Source: Flavipsychrobacter sp.
GTDB taxonomy: Bacteria; Bacteroidota; Bacteroidia; Chitinophagales; Chitinophagaceae
NCBI GenBank assembly: GCA_035299045.1
Contig: DATGXJ010000031.1
Coordinates: forward strand, 17,410 to 81,409
DNA: 64,000 bases
Direction of reading: 5' to 3'
Shown: piece by piece, positions 26,269 to 35,239 of the stretch
Layout: each line of letters starts with the position of its first letter
How positions within the stretch are numbered: the stretch's first letter is position 1
The notes under the pieces: model-generated
What the model was told of the DNA's origin: nothing
Seen by the model: the letters and a program-made list of their open reading frames with translations, nothing else
The model's database searches: none
Program-made: the position numbers and the translations under genes

Positions 26269-28464
26269 TTGAGCGCACCCATACTATTAATAACGCCACC
26301 TTTTACACAGCTGAATACGCCCTACCCGGCTACAGCCTACCTGAAGGGTTTCCTGAATACCAAAGGCATACCTGCCGTACAGGCAGATATGGGTATAGAG
26401 GTGACGCTCGCGCTTTTTTCGAAAGAAGGCCTGCAGCGCTTGTTTGCACAGATAGATAATACTGGCGAATACTCAGATAATGCAAAACGCATTATAGCCT
26501 TGCAAAACGACTATATACAAACCATAGATGCCGTCATTGCGTTTTTACAAGGGCATAACCCTACATTGGCACATTTGGTATGTAAGCGCAACCTACTACC
26601 CGAAGCAAGTAGGTTTGCCAATCTGGATGACTTGAGTCACGGATTTGGTACGATGGGTACACAAGACAAAGCCAAGCATTTGTGCACCATGTATCTGGAA
26701 GACCTGAGCGACCTGATACAGGAATGTGTAGATCCGCATTTTGGTTTCAGCAGGTATGCAGAAAGACTGGGGCGCAGTGCGAATAGCTTTGATGAACTAT
26801 ATAATGCACTGCAAGCACCACTTAGTTTTATTGATACGCTTACCATAGAACTACTGGCGCAACGAGTACAGGATGTGCAGCCATTTATGGTGGCATTCTC
26901 GGTGCCGTTTCCGGGCAATCTGTTTGCTGCATTTCGCAGTGCACAGTGGCTGAAGGCAAACCATCCACAAATAAAAGTGACGATGGGCGGTGGCTTCCCG
27001 AATACAGAGCTGCGATCACTGAGCGATAAACGTGTGTTTGAATTCTTTGACTACATAACGCTTGACGACGGTGAAGCACCGATAGAAAACCTGATAGCTT
27101 ATGTGCACGGAAAGCTGGCACCTGAACAACTGAAAAGAACATTTGCACTACACGATGGAGAGGTTACCTACTTCGAAAACCCGTCTTGCAGCGATTATAA
27201 ACAAGGGCAAGTTGGCACACCAGACTACAGCGATTTACTACTCGACAAATATATATCGGCCATAGAGGTTGTAAACCCTATGCACAGCCTCTGGAGCGAT
27301 GGCAGGTGGAACAAACTAACCATGGCACATGGCTGCTATTGGGGCAAATGTACCTTCTGCGATGTTTCGTTGCCATACATAAAACTATACGAGCCCATTG
27401 CTGCACAAATGCTGTGCGACAGAATGGAAGAACTGATTGCACAAACAGGGCAAACAGGTTTTCACTTTGTAGATGAGGCTGCGCCACCAGCATTGATGCG
27501 CGAACTGGCATTGGAAATCATTCGCCGCAAAATGGTGGTGAGTTGGTGGACAAATGTGCGTTTTGAAAAAGCTTTTACACGCGATTTGTGCTTGTTGTTG
27601 AAAGCATCGGGCTGCATAGCAGTATCGGGTGGATTGGAAGTAGCATCTGACAGGTTGCTGAAATTGATAGACAAGGGTATAACAGTAGAACAGGTAGCAA
27701 AGGTGAATAAACACTTTACCGAAGCAGGCATCATGGTGCATGCCTACCTGATGTATGGCTACCCTACACAAACGGAACAGGAAACAATTGACAGCCTGGA
27801 AATGGTAAGGCAGATGTTTGATGCGGGCATATTGCAATCTGCATTCTGGCATCAGTTTGCATTGACAGCACACAGCCCTGTTGGTTTGAATCCTGAAAAA
27901 TATGGCGTGACAATAACAACACCCGGCATTGGCAGCTTTGCGAATAACGATCTGGAATATACCGAAGCAACAGGTGTAGACCACAGCAGCTTCAGCTTCG
28001 GACTGAAGAAGTCACTGCACAATTATATGTACGGTGCATGTCTGGACTATCCGCTGCACAAATGGTTCGATTTCAAAATACCGAAGACAACCATTGCTCC
28101 GGATTTCATCATCAAAGCATTGGAAGAAGAAGCATATACTGCAGGCAAGCCGAATACTAAAATTGTATTGATTGGTAATATGCCAAAGGTGGAACACTAC
28201 ACAAAATCAAAGAAAGGCAATACATGGGAGATGACCTCTTTTACCTTCCAAACAAAAACAGAAACATTTACCATCAACATCAACCAGTCTGAAGGTTTAT
28301 GGTTTGAAACACTACTACCGCAGCTATCTGTGAGCAATACAAAGGTGATGACACTGCAGGAAGTAAAACAAAGCTACGAAGCTGCAGGACTGGAAGACTT
28401 TGAACTATTCTGGGACAACAAACCAATGAATACTATTTACAAAGCAGGCTTGCTGCAATTATAA
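26269..28464 (+). CDS. B12-binding-domain radical SAM protein (class B-like), function unknown
   Basis: 731 aa with a TTG start. The N terminus ILLITPPFTQLNTPYPATAYLKGFLNTKGI is typical of the B12-binding domain. The Cys cluster is MAHGCYWGKCTFCDV. Confidence 0.8.
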   Translation: MSAPILLITPPFTQLNTPYPATAYLKGFLNTKGIPAVQADMGIEVTLALFSKEGLQRLFAQIDNTGEYSDNAKRIIALQNDYIQTIDAVIAFLQGHNPTLAHLVCKRNLLPEASRFANLDDLSHGFGTMGTQDKAKHLCTMYLEDLSDLIQECVDPHFGFSRYAERLGRSANSFDELYNALQAPLSFIDTLTIELLAQRVQDVQPFMVAFSVPFPGNLFAAFRSAQWLKANHPQIKVTMGGGFPNTELRSLSDKRVFEFFDYITLDDGEAPIENLIAYVHGKLAPEQLKRTFALHDGEVTYFENPSCSDYKQGQVGTPDYSDLLLDKYISAIEVVNPMHSLWSDGRWNKLTMAHGCYWGKCTFCDVSLPYIKLYEPIAAQMLCDRMEELIAQTGQTGFHFVDEAAPPALMRELALEIIRRKMVVSWWTNVRFEKAFTRDLCLLLKASGCIAVSGGLEVASDRLLKLIDKGITVEQVAKVNKHFTEAGIMVHAYLMYGYPTQTEQETIDSLEMVRQMFDAGILQSAFWHQFALTAHSPVGLNPEKYGVTITTPGIGSFANNDLEYTEATGVDHSSFSFGLKKSLHNYMYGACLDYPLHKWFDFKIPKTTIAPDFIIKALEEEAYTAGKPNTKIVLIGNMPKVEHYTKSKKGNTWEMTSFTFQTKTETFTININQSEGLWFETLLPQLSVSNTKVMTLQEVKQSYEAAGLEDFELFWDNKPMNTIYKAGLLQL

Positions 28465-28828
28465 TCTCCCCCCCTCCCCGATATACTATTAGCAATAGTA
28501 CAGACTTATTGCATTTTACCTGCAAACAATACGAATAAATAACACATGTGTTTTCTGTAAATTTGTTATAATTCAAATCCACAAAAACACAAATCATTGT
28601 TTTTCAATAAAATACAATGAAAGTGCATCTTATTTTTTAATAAAAACACAAGTAAAAAAGTCCAGTGTATTTCACAGTTTTTATTCGGCCTTGGCTGGGT
28701 AGATTTGTGAAGTTTGTTTTGTTTGTACCCGTAAGCCCTATCACCATGGAGACCAACGAAAACTGAAAACATTTACCTACCCTTTTCCATTTACAAACAC
28801 CTCTTGTAAACGAACTGTTACCATTAAA

Positions 28829-28868
28829 ATGCCCCTATAAATTCCTATTACTATGGGGCATTTTTTTT
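28829..28868. terminator. Hairpin terminator, stronger in the plus orientation (8-T tract) and abutting the stop of the minus-strand response regulator
   Basis: ATGCCCC-(19-nt loop)-GGGGCAT, flanked by AAAA upstream and TTTTTTTT downstream on the plus strand. Confidence 0.5.
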
Positions 28869-29523
28869 ATTCTAACGGTTCCAAACCGAATTGCAGGGCG
28901 AAGACAACAAGCCCTGCTCTTGTTTTTACACCCAGCTTCTCAAACAACTTGTCGCGATACCAGTCTATGGTACGCTGGCTCAGGGTCATTTTATCTGCAA
29001 TGTCTTTGTAGGAATAATCGCAGCAGCAATAACGCAGAAATGTAATTTCAGACTTTGTAAGGTCCATCATTTTGGTAGAAACATTATCCTCTGCTTTAGC
29101 TACTACTTCTTCAGATATAAGGTCGGAATAATAAGTATACCCATCCAGAATAGCAAGCATAGATGCATGCAAATCCTGCGGGCCTGCTTCTTTGGGTAGG
29201 AAGCCCCGGGCACCGCAGCGCAGCATACGTATGATGCTGAACTCATTGTGGTGCATAGACAGCGCTAGTATCTGTATCTGGGGCCACTTCTTCTTTATAA
29301 AATTGGTAGCATCGTAGCCGTTCATGCCATGCATATGAATATCCATAATCACCACATCGGGCCTGGCAGGTGCTTTTTCTATCTTGTCTATCAGCTCTTG
29401 CCCTTCTGATGCTTCCATGGTAACAACAAAATCGGGGAAAGTGTTGATGATATACACTAACCCTTTGCGTAGTATAGCGTGGTCGTCGGCAAGTGCAACG
29501 GTATATTTTCCGTCGTTTGTCAT
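28867..29523 (-). CDS. LuxR/NarL-family two-component response regulator
   Basis: The receiver domain (VALADDHAILRKGL...VVIMDIHMHGMNG) has its phospho-acceptor Asp in the MDIHM context. The C-terminal HTH is LTKSEITFLRYCCCDYSYKDIADKMTLSQRTIDWYRDKLFEKLG. Confidence 0.85.
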   Translation of the reverse strand: MTNDGKYTVALADDHAILRKGLVYIINTFPDFVVTMEASEGQELIDKIEKAPARPDVVIMDIHMHGMNGYDATNFIKKKWPQIQILALSMHHNEFSIIRMLRCGARGFLPKEAGPQDLHASMLAILDGYTYYSDLISEEVVAKAEDNVSTKMMDLTKSEITFLRYCCCDYSYKDIADKMTLSQRTIDWYRDKLFEKLGVKTRAGLVVFALQFGLEPLE

Positions 29524-30287
29524 TGTTTAGTATTTAAGGTTAGTAACAATGTAGTGCCTTGTCCGGGTTTAGATTGTAGTGCAAAATCTGCCTTCAGCAT
29601 TCTTGCGCGGTTTTTCATGTTTGCCAGTCCTATACCGTCTGCTGCGGCATCTGTATCAAATCCTGTTCCGTTGTCTGTAATCTTCATTTCAAATAGCCTT
29701 TCCGTGTACCTCATACTAATGCGCAAGTTAGTAGCTTTTGCGTATTTTATGGTATTGGAAATTGCCTCTTGTATCATGCGGAAAACGATGAGCTCGTGAC
29801 CACTATTGAAGTTGTAATAATCTCCCTCTACAAGTACCAGTGCATCGATGCCTGTGGAGCGTTTTACAAAATCCACCTCTTTTTGCACAGCCTCTACAAG
29901 GCCGTGGTTCATTACATAATCACTGTTCAGCACATGGCTGATGTTGCGTGCATCTTTTATAACCTCACCCAATAAGCCCTGCGACTCTTTTGCAAGCTCT
30001 GCAATGGTATTTTTATCTTCCGTTGCTTGCATAACATGCAGAAAACGCATGACAGCATTGAGGCGTGAGCCTATATTATCGTGCAGTTCCCGAGACATGG
30101 TATTGATAGCCTGCTCCTTCACCTCCAGCCCTGTACGCAATACCTCCTGCTCCAGTTGCTCCTTCTCTATACGAAAACGGTTTTGCTTTCGCTTTTGTAC
30201 TTGTAAATAGATGACAAGAAAGAATGCGAAAATTGACAACAAGGATGTGCCTGCTATAAATAATACTATTACTGAAGTATCATCCAT
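29520..30287 (-). CDS. Sensor histidine kinase, HisKA_3 (NarX/DegS-type) + HATPase_c, single N-terminal TM
   Basis: H-box MSRELHDNIGSRL, N-box MIQEAISNTIKYA, G1 ITDNGTGF, G2 DGIGLANM. ATGA overlap with the regulator gene. Confidence 0.85.
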   Translation of the reverse strand: MDDTSVIVLFIAGTSLLSIFAFFLVIYLQVQKRKQNRFRIEKEQLEQEVLRTGLEVKEQAINTMSRELHDNIGSRLNAVMRFLHVMQATEDKNTIAELAKESQGLLGEVIKDARNISHVLNSDYVMNHGLVEAVQKEVDFVKRSTGIDALVLVEGDYYNFNSGHELIVFRMIQEAISNTIKYAKATNLRISMRYTERLFEMKITDNGTGFDTDAAADGIGLANMKNRARMLKADFALQSKPGQGTTLLLTLNTKQ

Positions 30288-30936
30288 TATTCATTTTCAT
30301 TTTTTTATATCTTAAGAAAACGAAACCGTATCCCAAATAATAAATAATGTTTACAAACAATAATACATTAAGCAATATATTATTAGCTATACCCGCATTT
30401 TTTGTTAGATAGCCATATGTACCCCACAAGAATAATGTACTTGTCCAGAAAAAAAACAGAATAGTAGTAAACCAAAAATGTGGATATTTTGTTAGTATTA
30501 AGCTATCATCTGCTAGTAACATTCTATAAAAAGAATATAACGAGAAGGAAACGACTACTATCGACTCAAATAATAAATAGAAATTATTCAATTGCTTAGG
30601 GGATTGAATAATAAAATAGTTAACATATCCAATTACTAAACAGACGCTACCAATAATAACTCCCAATCTTTTTCTTGAGAACCCGTCTATACTGTAATTG
30701 AAGTATAATGAAATCAGGAATAGTTCTATCGGACTATAAAATCCATATACGATATTACTATTCCCGATTTTATATGCATACGTAGTAGCAACTATTTCAT
30801 TTATAAAAGAAGAAATTACCAATAGTTGCAATACCCCAACTGAAATATCCTTTTTACTACGAATCAGAAAACTTGTTATTACAGCAAATACCATTGCAGT
30901 ACCACCTAGAACAAGTCTAATTTCGTACAAATTCAT
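30280..30936 (-). CDS. Polytopic membrane protein (about 6 TM), candidate stand-alone sensor module of the kinase
   Basis: 218-aa ORF made almost entirely of hydrophobic helices. It overlaps the kinase start by 8 nt (ATGGATGA) and begins 2 nt after the upstream lipoprotein gene. Visibly AT-rich. Confidence 0.6.
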   Translation of the reverse strand: MNLYEIRLVLGGTAMVFAVITSFLIRSKKDISVGVLQLLVISSFINEIVATTYAYKIGNSNIVYGFYSPIELFLISLYFNYSIDGFSRKRLGVIIGSVCLVIGYVNYFIIQSPKQLNNFYLLFESIVVVSFSLYSFYRMLLADDSLILTKYPHFWFTTILFFFWTSTLFLWGTYGYLTKNAGIANNILLNVLLFVNIIYYLGYGFVFLRYKKMKMNNG

Positions 30937-30938
30937 TA

Positions 30939-31472
30939 TTAATTAGTTGGGAGAGTATTTGAAGATGCTGTACCTGTTCCAGGACATGTATTAGGACATG
31001 GCGATAAATGATCCATCACTCCCTGTGATCCAATCACATAATTACCACTTGCATTATAGCCTGCAATCACCAATGTAAGTTGTCCTGCTTTTGTACCACA
31101 GTAGGTATTGGCACCACCACCATTAATATAAGGCAATGTGTGTGCGAACATCAATTTAACATTTGTAACTGTTGGGTTAGCATCCAGATAGGCACGCAAT
31201 TCATTTGCATCAGCAATCAAAGAATAAAGATACTGATTGTTAGGATTGCCATTCAGGCTGTTAATGTAGCTGGTAATCATTTTATTGGCAGTATCAACAG
31301 GTATACAGCTCTCACAAGTATCCGGGGCTGTAGAGCTGTCTTGCGATGATGCCAATGCCATTGGTTCAGTTTGTTTGTTTGCGGCATCTTTGTTTTCGCC
31401 ACCACTTTGGCAGGCAGTAAGAGATGCGGCAGCGATGAGGGCTGCAATAGTCATTTTGTTTGTTGCATTCAT
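30939..31472 (-). CDS. Hypothetical lipoprotein, first gene of the sensory operon
   Basis: Lipobox in MNATNKMTIAALIAAASLTAC, a low-complexity linker, then a Cys-containing globular part. No family recognised. Confidence 0.6.
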   Translation of the reverse strand: MNATNKMTIAALIAAASLTACQSGGENKDAANKQTEPMALASSQDSSTAPDTCESCIPVDTANKMITSYINSLNGNPNNQYLYSLIADANELRAYLDANPTVTNVKLMFAHTLPYINGGGANTYCGTKAGQLTLVIAGYNASGNYVIGSQGVMDHLSPCPNTCPGTGTASSNTLPTN

Positions 31473-31696
31473 AAATTTTCAACTTTTACCGAAAGATACT
31501 GCCCTCATTTGATAATTGCACCCGTGTAAAAACGGGCAAATTTACATGGCATTTACAATACAGTACAGAAGCCTCTTATAAAAATTAAAATAAATATCTT
31601 TTTCATAGAAAAATACTGCAAAACCATAACAGTTGTACTATGGGTAATGTGGTATAAAAGACTGAAATTTGTACAAATAACCAACAGACAGTATAA

Positions 31697-33118
31697 ATGC
31701 TGCATAAAACGAAGATTATTGCTACCGTAGGGCCTGCTTGTAACACTTATGAAAAATTGCTGGCACTGGTAGAAGCCGGTGTTAATGTATTCAGACTCAA
31801 CTTCTCGCACGGCACACATGCACAACACAAAGAAGTAATAGATCATATACACCGCATAAACATAGATTTCCCTTTCAACATAGCCATTCTGGCCGACCTG
31901 CAAGGACCTAAACTGCGCGTAGGTGATATAGAGAATGGTGAAATGGAACTGATAAAAGGTGATTCCTTCTTCTTCACCAACGAAAAACGCCTGGGCAATA
32001 AAGATGGTGTTTACATCTCTTACCCATCCTTTCACAAAGATGTGCGCATAGGCGAAAAAATATTGCTGGACGATGGCAAGATAGAAGTACTGGTTACTGC
32101 CATTACAGACGATAATAAAGTACAGGTAGAGGTACTGACATCAGGCACGCTGCTTCCTCGCAAGGGTGTAAACCTGCCTGATACCAAAATATCGCTGCCG
32201 TCACTTTCTGAAAAAGACCTGGCAGATTTGGATTTCATCATCAGTCAGGAGATAGACTGGGTAGCCTTGTCTTTTGTTCGCCGTCCAGAAGACGTGCATG
32301 AGCTGCGTAAAATATTGCGTTCTAAAAACAGCCCTGCTAAAATCATTTCTAAAATAGAAAAGCCCGAGGCACTGGAACATCTGCGCGAAATCATACTGGC
32401 ATCAGACGCTGTAATGGTGGCACGTGGCGATCTGGGTGTAGAACTACCGTTGGAGCAGATACCAATGATTCAGAAAAACATCATCCGCAAATGTATACAC
32501 AGGGCCAAGCCCGTAATCATTGCCACACAGATGATGGAGAGTATGATAGACCGTACGCGCCCCAACCGTAGCGAGATAACAGACGTTGCCAACGCTGTAT
32601 TGGAAGGTGCGGATGCTGTGATGCTGAGTGGCGAAACTGCAATGGGTAAATACCCGGAACTGGTTATCAAAACAATGGTGAGCATAATAGGCGAGGTAGA
32701 AAAAGAAGAGATTGTATATAACCGCAACCTTGTACCACAACCACATTCGCCTTCTTTCCTAAGCGATGCGCTATGCTACAATGCCTGCGAGATAGCAAAA
32801 GACATCAATGCCAATGCGCTGATAGGGATGACACAGAGTGGCTATACAGGCTTTATGCTATCCAGCTTTCGCCCACGCTCTCCGCTGTTCATCTTTACCA
32901 AAACACAAACATTGGTCAATCAGCTGAGCCTTAGCTGGGGTGTACAGGCATTTTTCTATGCACATGAAGAAAGCCTTGACACCATCTTCAAAGACCAACT
33001 GGCCATACTGAAAGATAAAGGGCTGGTAAAAATGGGCGATGTTGTTGTAAATACAGGTAGTACGCCTATCATAGACCACGGCCCTACCAATATGCTGAAG
33101 ATAACAAAAGTGGACTAG
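31697..33118 (+). CDS. pyk: Pyruvate kinase
   Basis: TKIIATVGPA....E.L..L...G.NVFRLNFSHG, MVARGDLGVELP and the full-length 473-aa architecture. Confidence 0.92.
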   Translation: MLHKTKIIATVGPACNTYEKLLALVEAGVNVFRLNFSHGTHAQHKEVIDHIHRINIDFPFNIAILADLQGPKLRVGDIENGEMELIKGDSFFFTNEKRLGNKDGVYISYPSFHKDVRIGEKILLDDGKIEVLVTAITDDNKVQVEVLTSGTLLPRKGVNLPDTKISLPSLSEKDLADLDFIISQEIDWVALSFVRRPEDVHELRKILRSKNSPAKIISKIEKPEALEHLREIILASDAVMVARGDLGVELPLEQIPMIQKNIIRKCIHRAKPVIIATQMMESMIDRTRPNRSEITDVANAVLEGADAVMLSGETAMGKYPELVIKTMVSIIGEVEKEEIVYNRNLVPQPHSPSFLSDALCYNACEIAKDINANALIGMTQSGYTGFMLSSFRPRSPLFIFTKTQTLVNQLSLSWGVQAFFYAHEESLDTIFKDQLAILKDKGLVKMGDVVVNTGSTPIIDHGPTNMLKITKVD

Positions 33119-33142
33119 CTAGTTGATAAATGAGATATTATT

Positions 33143-33172
33143 AAGGTTGCCCTATCGGCAACCTTTTCTTAT
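33143..33172 (+). terminator. Rho-independent terminator after pyk
   Basis: AAGGTTGCC-CTATC-GGCAACCTT hairpin followed by TTCTTATTT. Confidence 0.55.
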
Positions 33173-33205
33173 TTAAATTCGTTTATAGTCTTAAATCTTT
33201 CCACT

Positions 33206-33808
33206 ATGCGCATAGTTGCTACCATACTTTTTAGCATTGTCATAATGCATTGTAATGCACAAAGCCTGAAGATAAATGATGCAGCTTTTGCACAGCTGAA
33301 TAACAAACGTATTGCTACCAACAAAACAGGCATGACGATACTCGGTGCGTGGGGTGCAGCCAATATAGTTGGAGGTGTAGCAGGCGCGCTTGCCTCATCG
33401 GACCAAGAGTGGAAATCTTTCCATACCATGAATGCATTGTGGGGTGCTGTAAACATGGGCATAGCAGGCATGGGCTATATAGGTGCCAGAAAAGAAGCGG
33501 GGCAAATACTGACTTGCGACAAAATGCTTGACAGATATGAAAGCGGGAAACGCCTGTTTCTGATAAATGCCGGGTTGGATGTAATATACATAGGCAGTGG
33601 CATGGCACTGATATCTTATGCAGACGATTTAGATAATTCTGCCCGCTGGCGTGGCTATGGCAAGTCTGTTGCTATGCAAGGTATATTCCTGCTGGTTTTT
33701 GATGGCACTATGTATGCACTGCATCAACACAAGAACAAGCAATGGTACAACCTGCTGGAGGGTGTTTGTGTAACGGGGAACGGTGTGGGGGTTAATATAT
33801 CCCTCTAA
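33206..33808 (+). CDS. Hypothetical membrane protein
   Basis: 200-aa ORF with a signal/anchor MRIVATILFSIVIMHCNAQ and several Gly/Ala-rich TM segments (ILGAWGAANIVGGVAGAL, ALWGAVNMGIAGMGYIG, GLDVIYIGSGMALI, AMQGIFLLVFDGTMY). Confidence 0.5.
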   Translation: MRIVATILFSIVIMHCNAQSLKINDAAFAQLNNKRIATNKTGMTILGAWGAANIVGGVAGALASSDQEWKSFHTMNALWGAVNMGIAGMGYIGARKEAGQILTCDKMLDRYESGKRLFLINAGLDVIYIGSGMALISYADDLDNSARWRGYGKSVAMQGIFLLVFDGTMYALHQHKNKQWYNLLEGVCVTGNGVGVNISL

Positions 33809-33814
33809 GTATCA

Positions 33815-34279
33815 TCAGAGGTTAATGTACATTCTATGCAAATCTTCGGTAAACCCTGCTTTTTTAAATAATTTTTGAGCAACATTATTAAAATTCCACA
33901 CAGTAAGATCTACTCTCGAACAGCCGATTTCATTTGCGAATGTAAATACCTCTTCAATCAATGCCATTCCAACACCCTTTTGCCTGTACTTCACATCTAC
34001 CATCAATTGGTGAATGTGTAAATAGCTATATTCAGCAACAAAAGCACTCTCCGGCCTGATAATTTGTTGTACCTGAACATATCCGCAAGCTACATTTCCC
34101 TCAAATGCTGCATAATGTCTGTATGAATTATCCGCAATACACCCACGAAAATATTCTGCTACTGCTTTTTCATCAAATGCCTTAAAAATATGAGGGAATG
34201 CATGTTGGTGCAGTTGTTGCAACTGTCTACTTAACGGCAATAGCAATGCGGCGTCTTTTACTAATTGAATATCCATCAT
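33815..34279 (-). CDS. GNAT-family acetyltransferase
   Basis: 154 aa with the acetyl-CoA motif VDVKYRQKGVGMALIEE and C-terminal A..LF.K.GF. ATGA-type overlap with panC. Confidence 0.7.
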   Translation of the reverse strand: MMDIQLVKDAALLLPLSRQLQQLHQHAFPHIFKAFDEKAVAEYFRGCIADNSYRHYAAFEGNVACGYVQVQQIIRPESAFVAEYSYLHIHQLMVDVKYRQKGVGMALIEEVFTFANEIGCSRVDLTVWNFNNVAQKLFKKAGFTEDLHRMYINL

Positions 34280-35121
34280 CCTAGCAGCATATTGTCTATC
34301 AGCCTTATCTCGCCAATGCGGGCAGTTATCAGGGCTACCATAGGGCGACCGGGTTCGTAGTTGTTTAGCAGTGTAAGATTATCAGCATCTGCCAGAGAAA
34401 TATATTCTACCTCAAACCCTTTGGCGGTCATCAGGTCTGTACATTCCTTACGTACGATGGCAAAATTGCCATCTGTCTGTTTTGTTTTGATAGATACCAG
34501 ACACTGGTATATAATAGATGCCAATGCACGTTGCGGGTCTGTAAGGCGGCGATTGCGGCTGCTCATAGCCAGTCCGTCTGCCTCACGTTGCGTAGGGCTT
34601 ATTATCATTTCAATATGGCTGCCCATTTGCCCCAGCAGGTTTTTCACCACCATACACTGTTGGTAGTCTTTCTGCCCCATAAACAGCTTATCTGGGCGTA
34701 CTATATCCAACAGGCGGGCTACTACCTGCCCTACGCCTTTGAAATGGCCCGGGCGCTTCTCCCCTTCCAATATGGTATCCAGATAGCCAAAATCGAAAAC
34801 AGGCATTTTTTCTGTGCCGTCAGGGTACATTTCATCTACCGATGGTAGCAAAAGAATGTCGCATTCAGCCTCTATAAGCTTTTTTACGTCATCTTCTACA
34901 GAAATGGGGTATTTTTCGAAATCCTTCTTATCGTTGAACTGTGTAGGGTTTACAAAAATGCTGCAAACCACTATATCTGCAGCTGTTTTAGCCTGTTTTA
35001 CCAACGAAATATGGCCATTATGCAGGGCTCCCATAGTAGGCACAAAACCAATCTTCTTGTTTTCTGCACGCAGAGAAGCTATATAAGACTGAATATCAGC
35101 AACCTTTTTAAATATGACCAT
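34276..35121 (-). CDS. panC: Pantoate--beta-alanine ligase
   Basis: GFVPTMGALHNGHISLV (HIGH-like motif), VSIFVNPTQF and FGQKD-type MGQKDYQQ. 281 aa. Confidence 0.92.
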   Translation of the reverse strand: MVIFKKVADIQSYIASLRAENKKIGFVPTMGALHNGHISLVKQAKTAADIVVCSIFVNPTQFNDKKDFEKYPISVEDDVKKLIEAECDILLLPSVDEMYPDGTEKMPVFDFGYLDTILEGEKRPGHFKGVGQVVARLLDIVRPDKLFMGQKDYQQCMVVKNLLGQMGSHIEMIISPTQREADGLAMSSRNRRLTDPQRALASIIYQCLVSIKTKQTDGNFAIVRKECTDLMTAKGFEVEYISLADADNLTLLNNYEPGRPMVALITARIGEIRLIDNMLLG

Positions 35122-35177
35122 ATCGTAATTTTTGCTCTTATCCGTTTATTTGTCGGGGTTGGAATATAATATTTTCG

Positions 35178-35185
35178 TAATTTTG
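35178..35185 (+). promoter_or_regulatory. -7 promoter box TAATTTTG for the glgA-like gene
   Basis: Exact TAnnTTTG match, 55 nt upstream of the ATG at 35240. Confidence 0.35.
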
Positions 35186-35239
35186 CAGACAATTTCCGGC
35201 AAGTTTAATTTTTTTTCTTGTTTTAATCTAACATTCCGA

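Noticed and set aside
27385-27984. 199-aa minus-strand ORF (and several shorter ones) inside the radical SAM gene
   Set aside because: It is antisense to a 731-codon ORF with B12-binding and radical SAM motifs, and its product is Cys/His/Phe-rich noise.
31553-32035. 160-aa minus-strand ORF overlapping the pyk start
   Set aside because: It is antisense to an unmistakable pyruvate kinase and has an aromatic-rich, odd composition.
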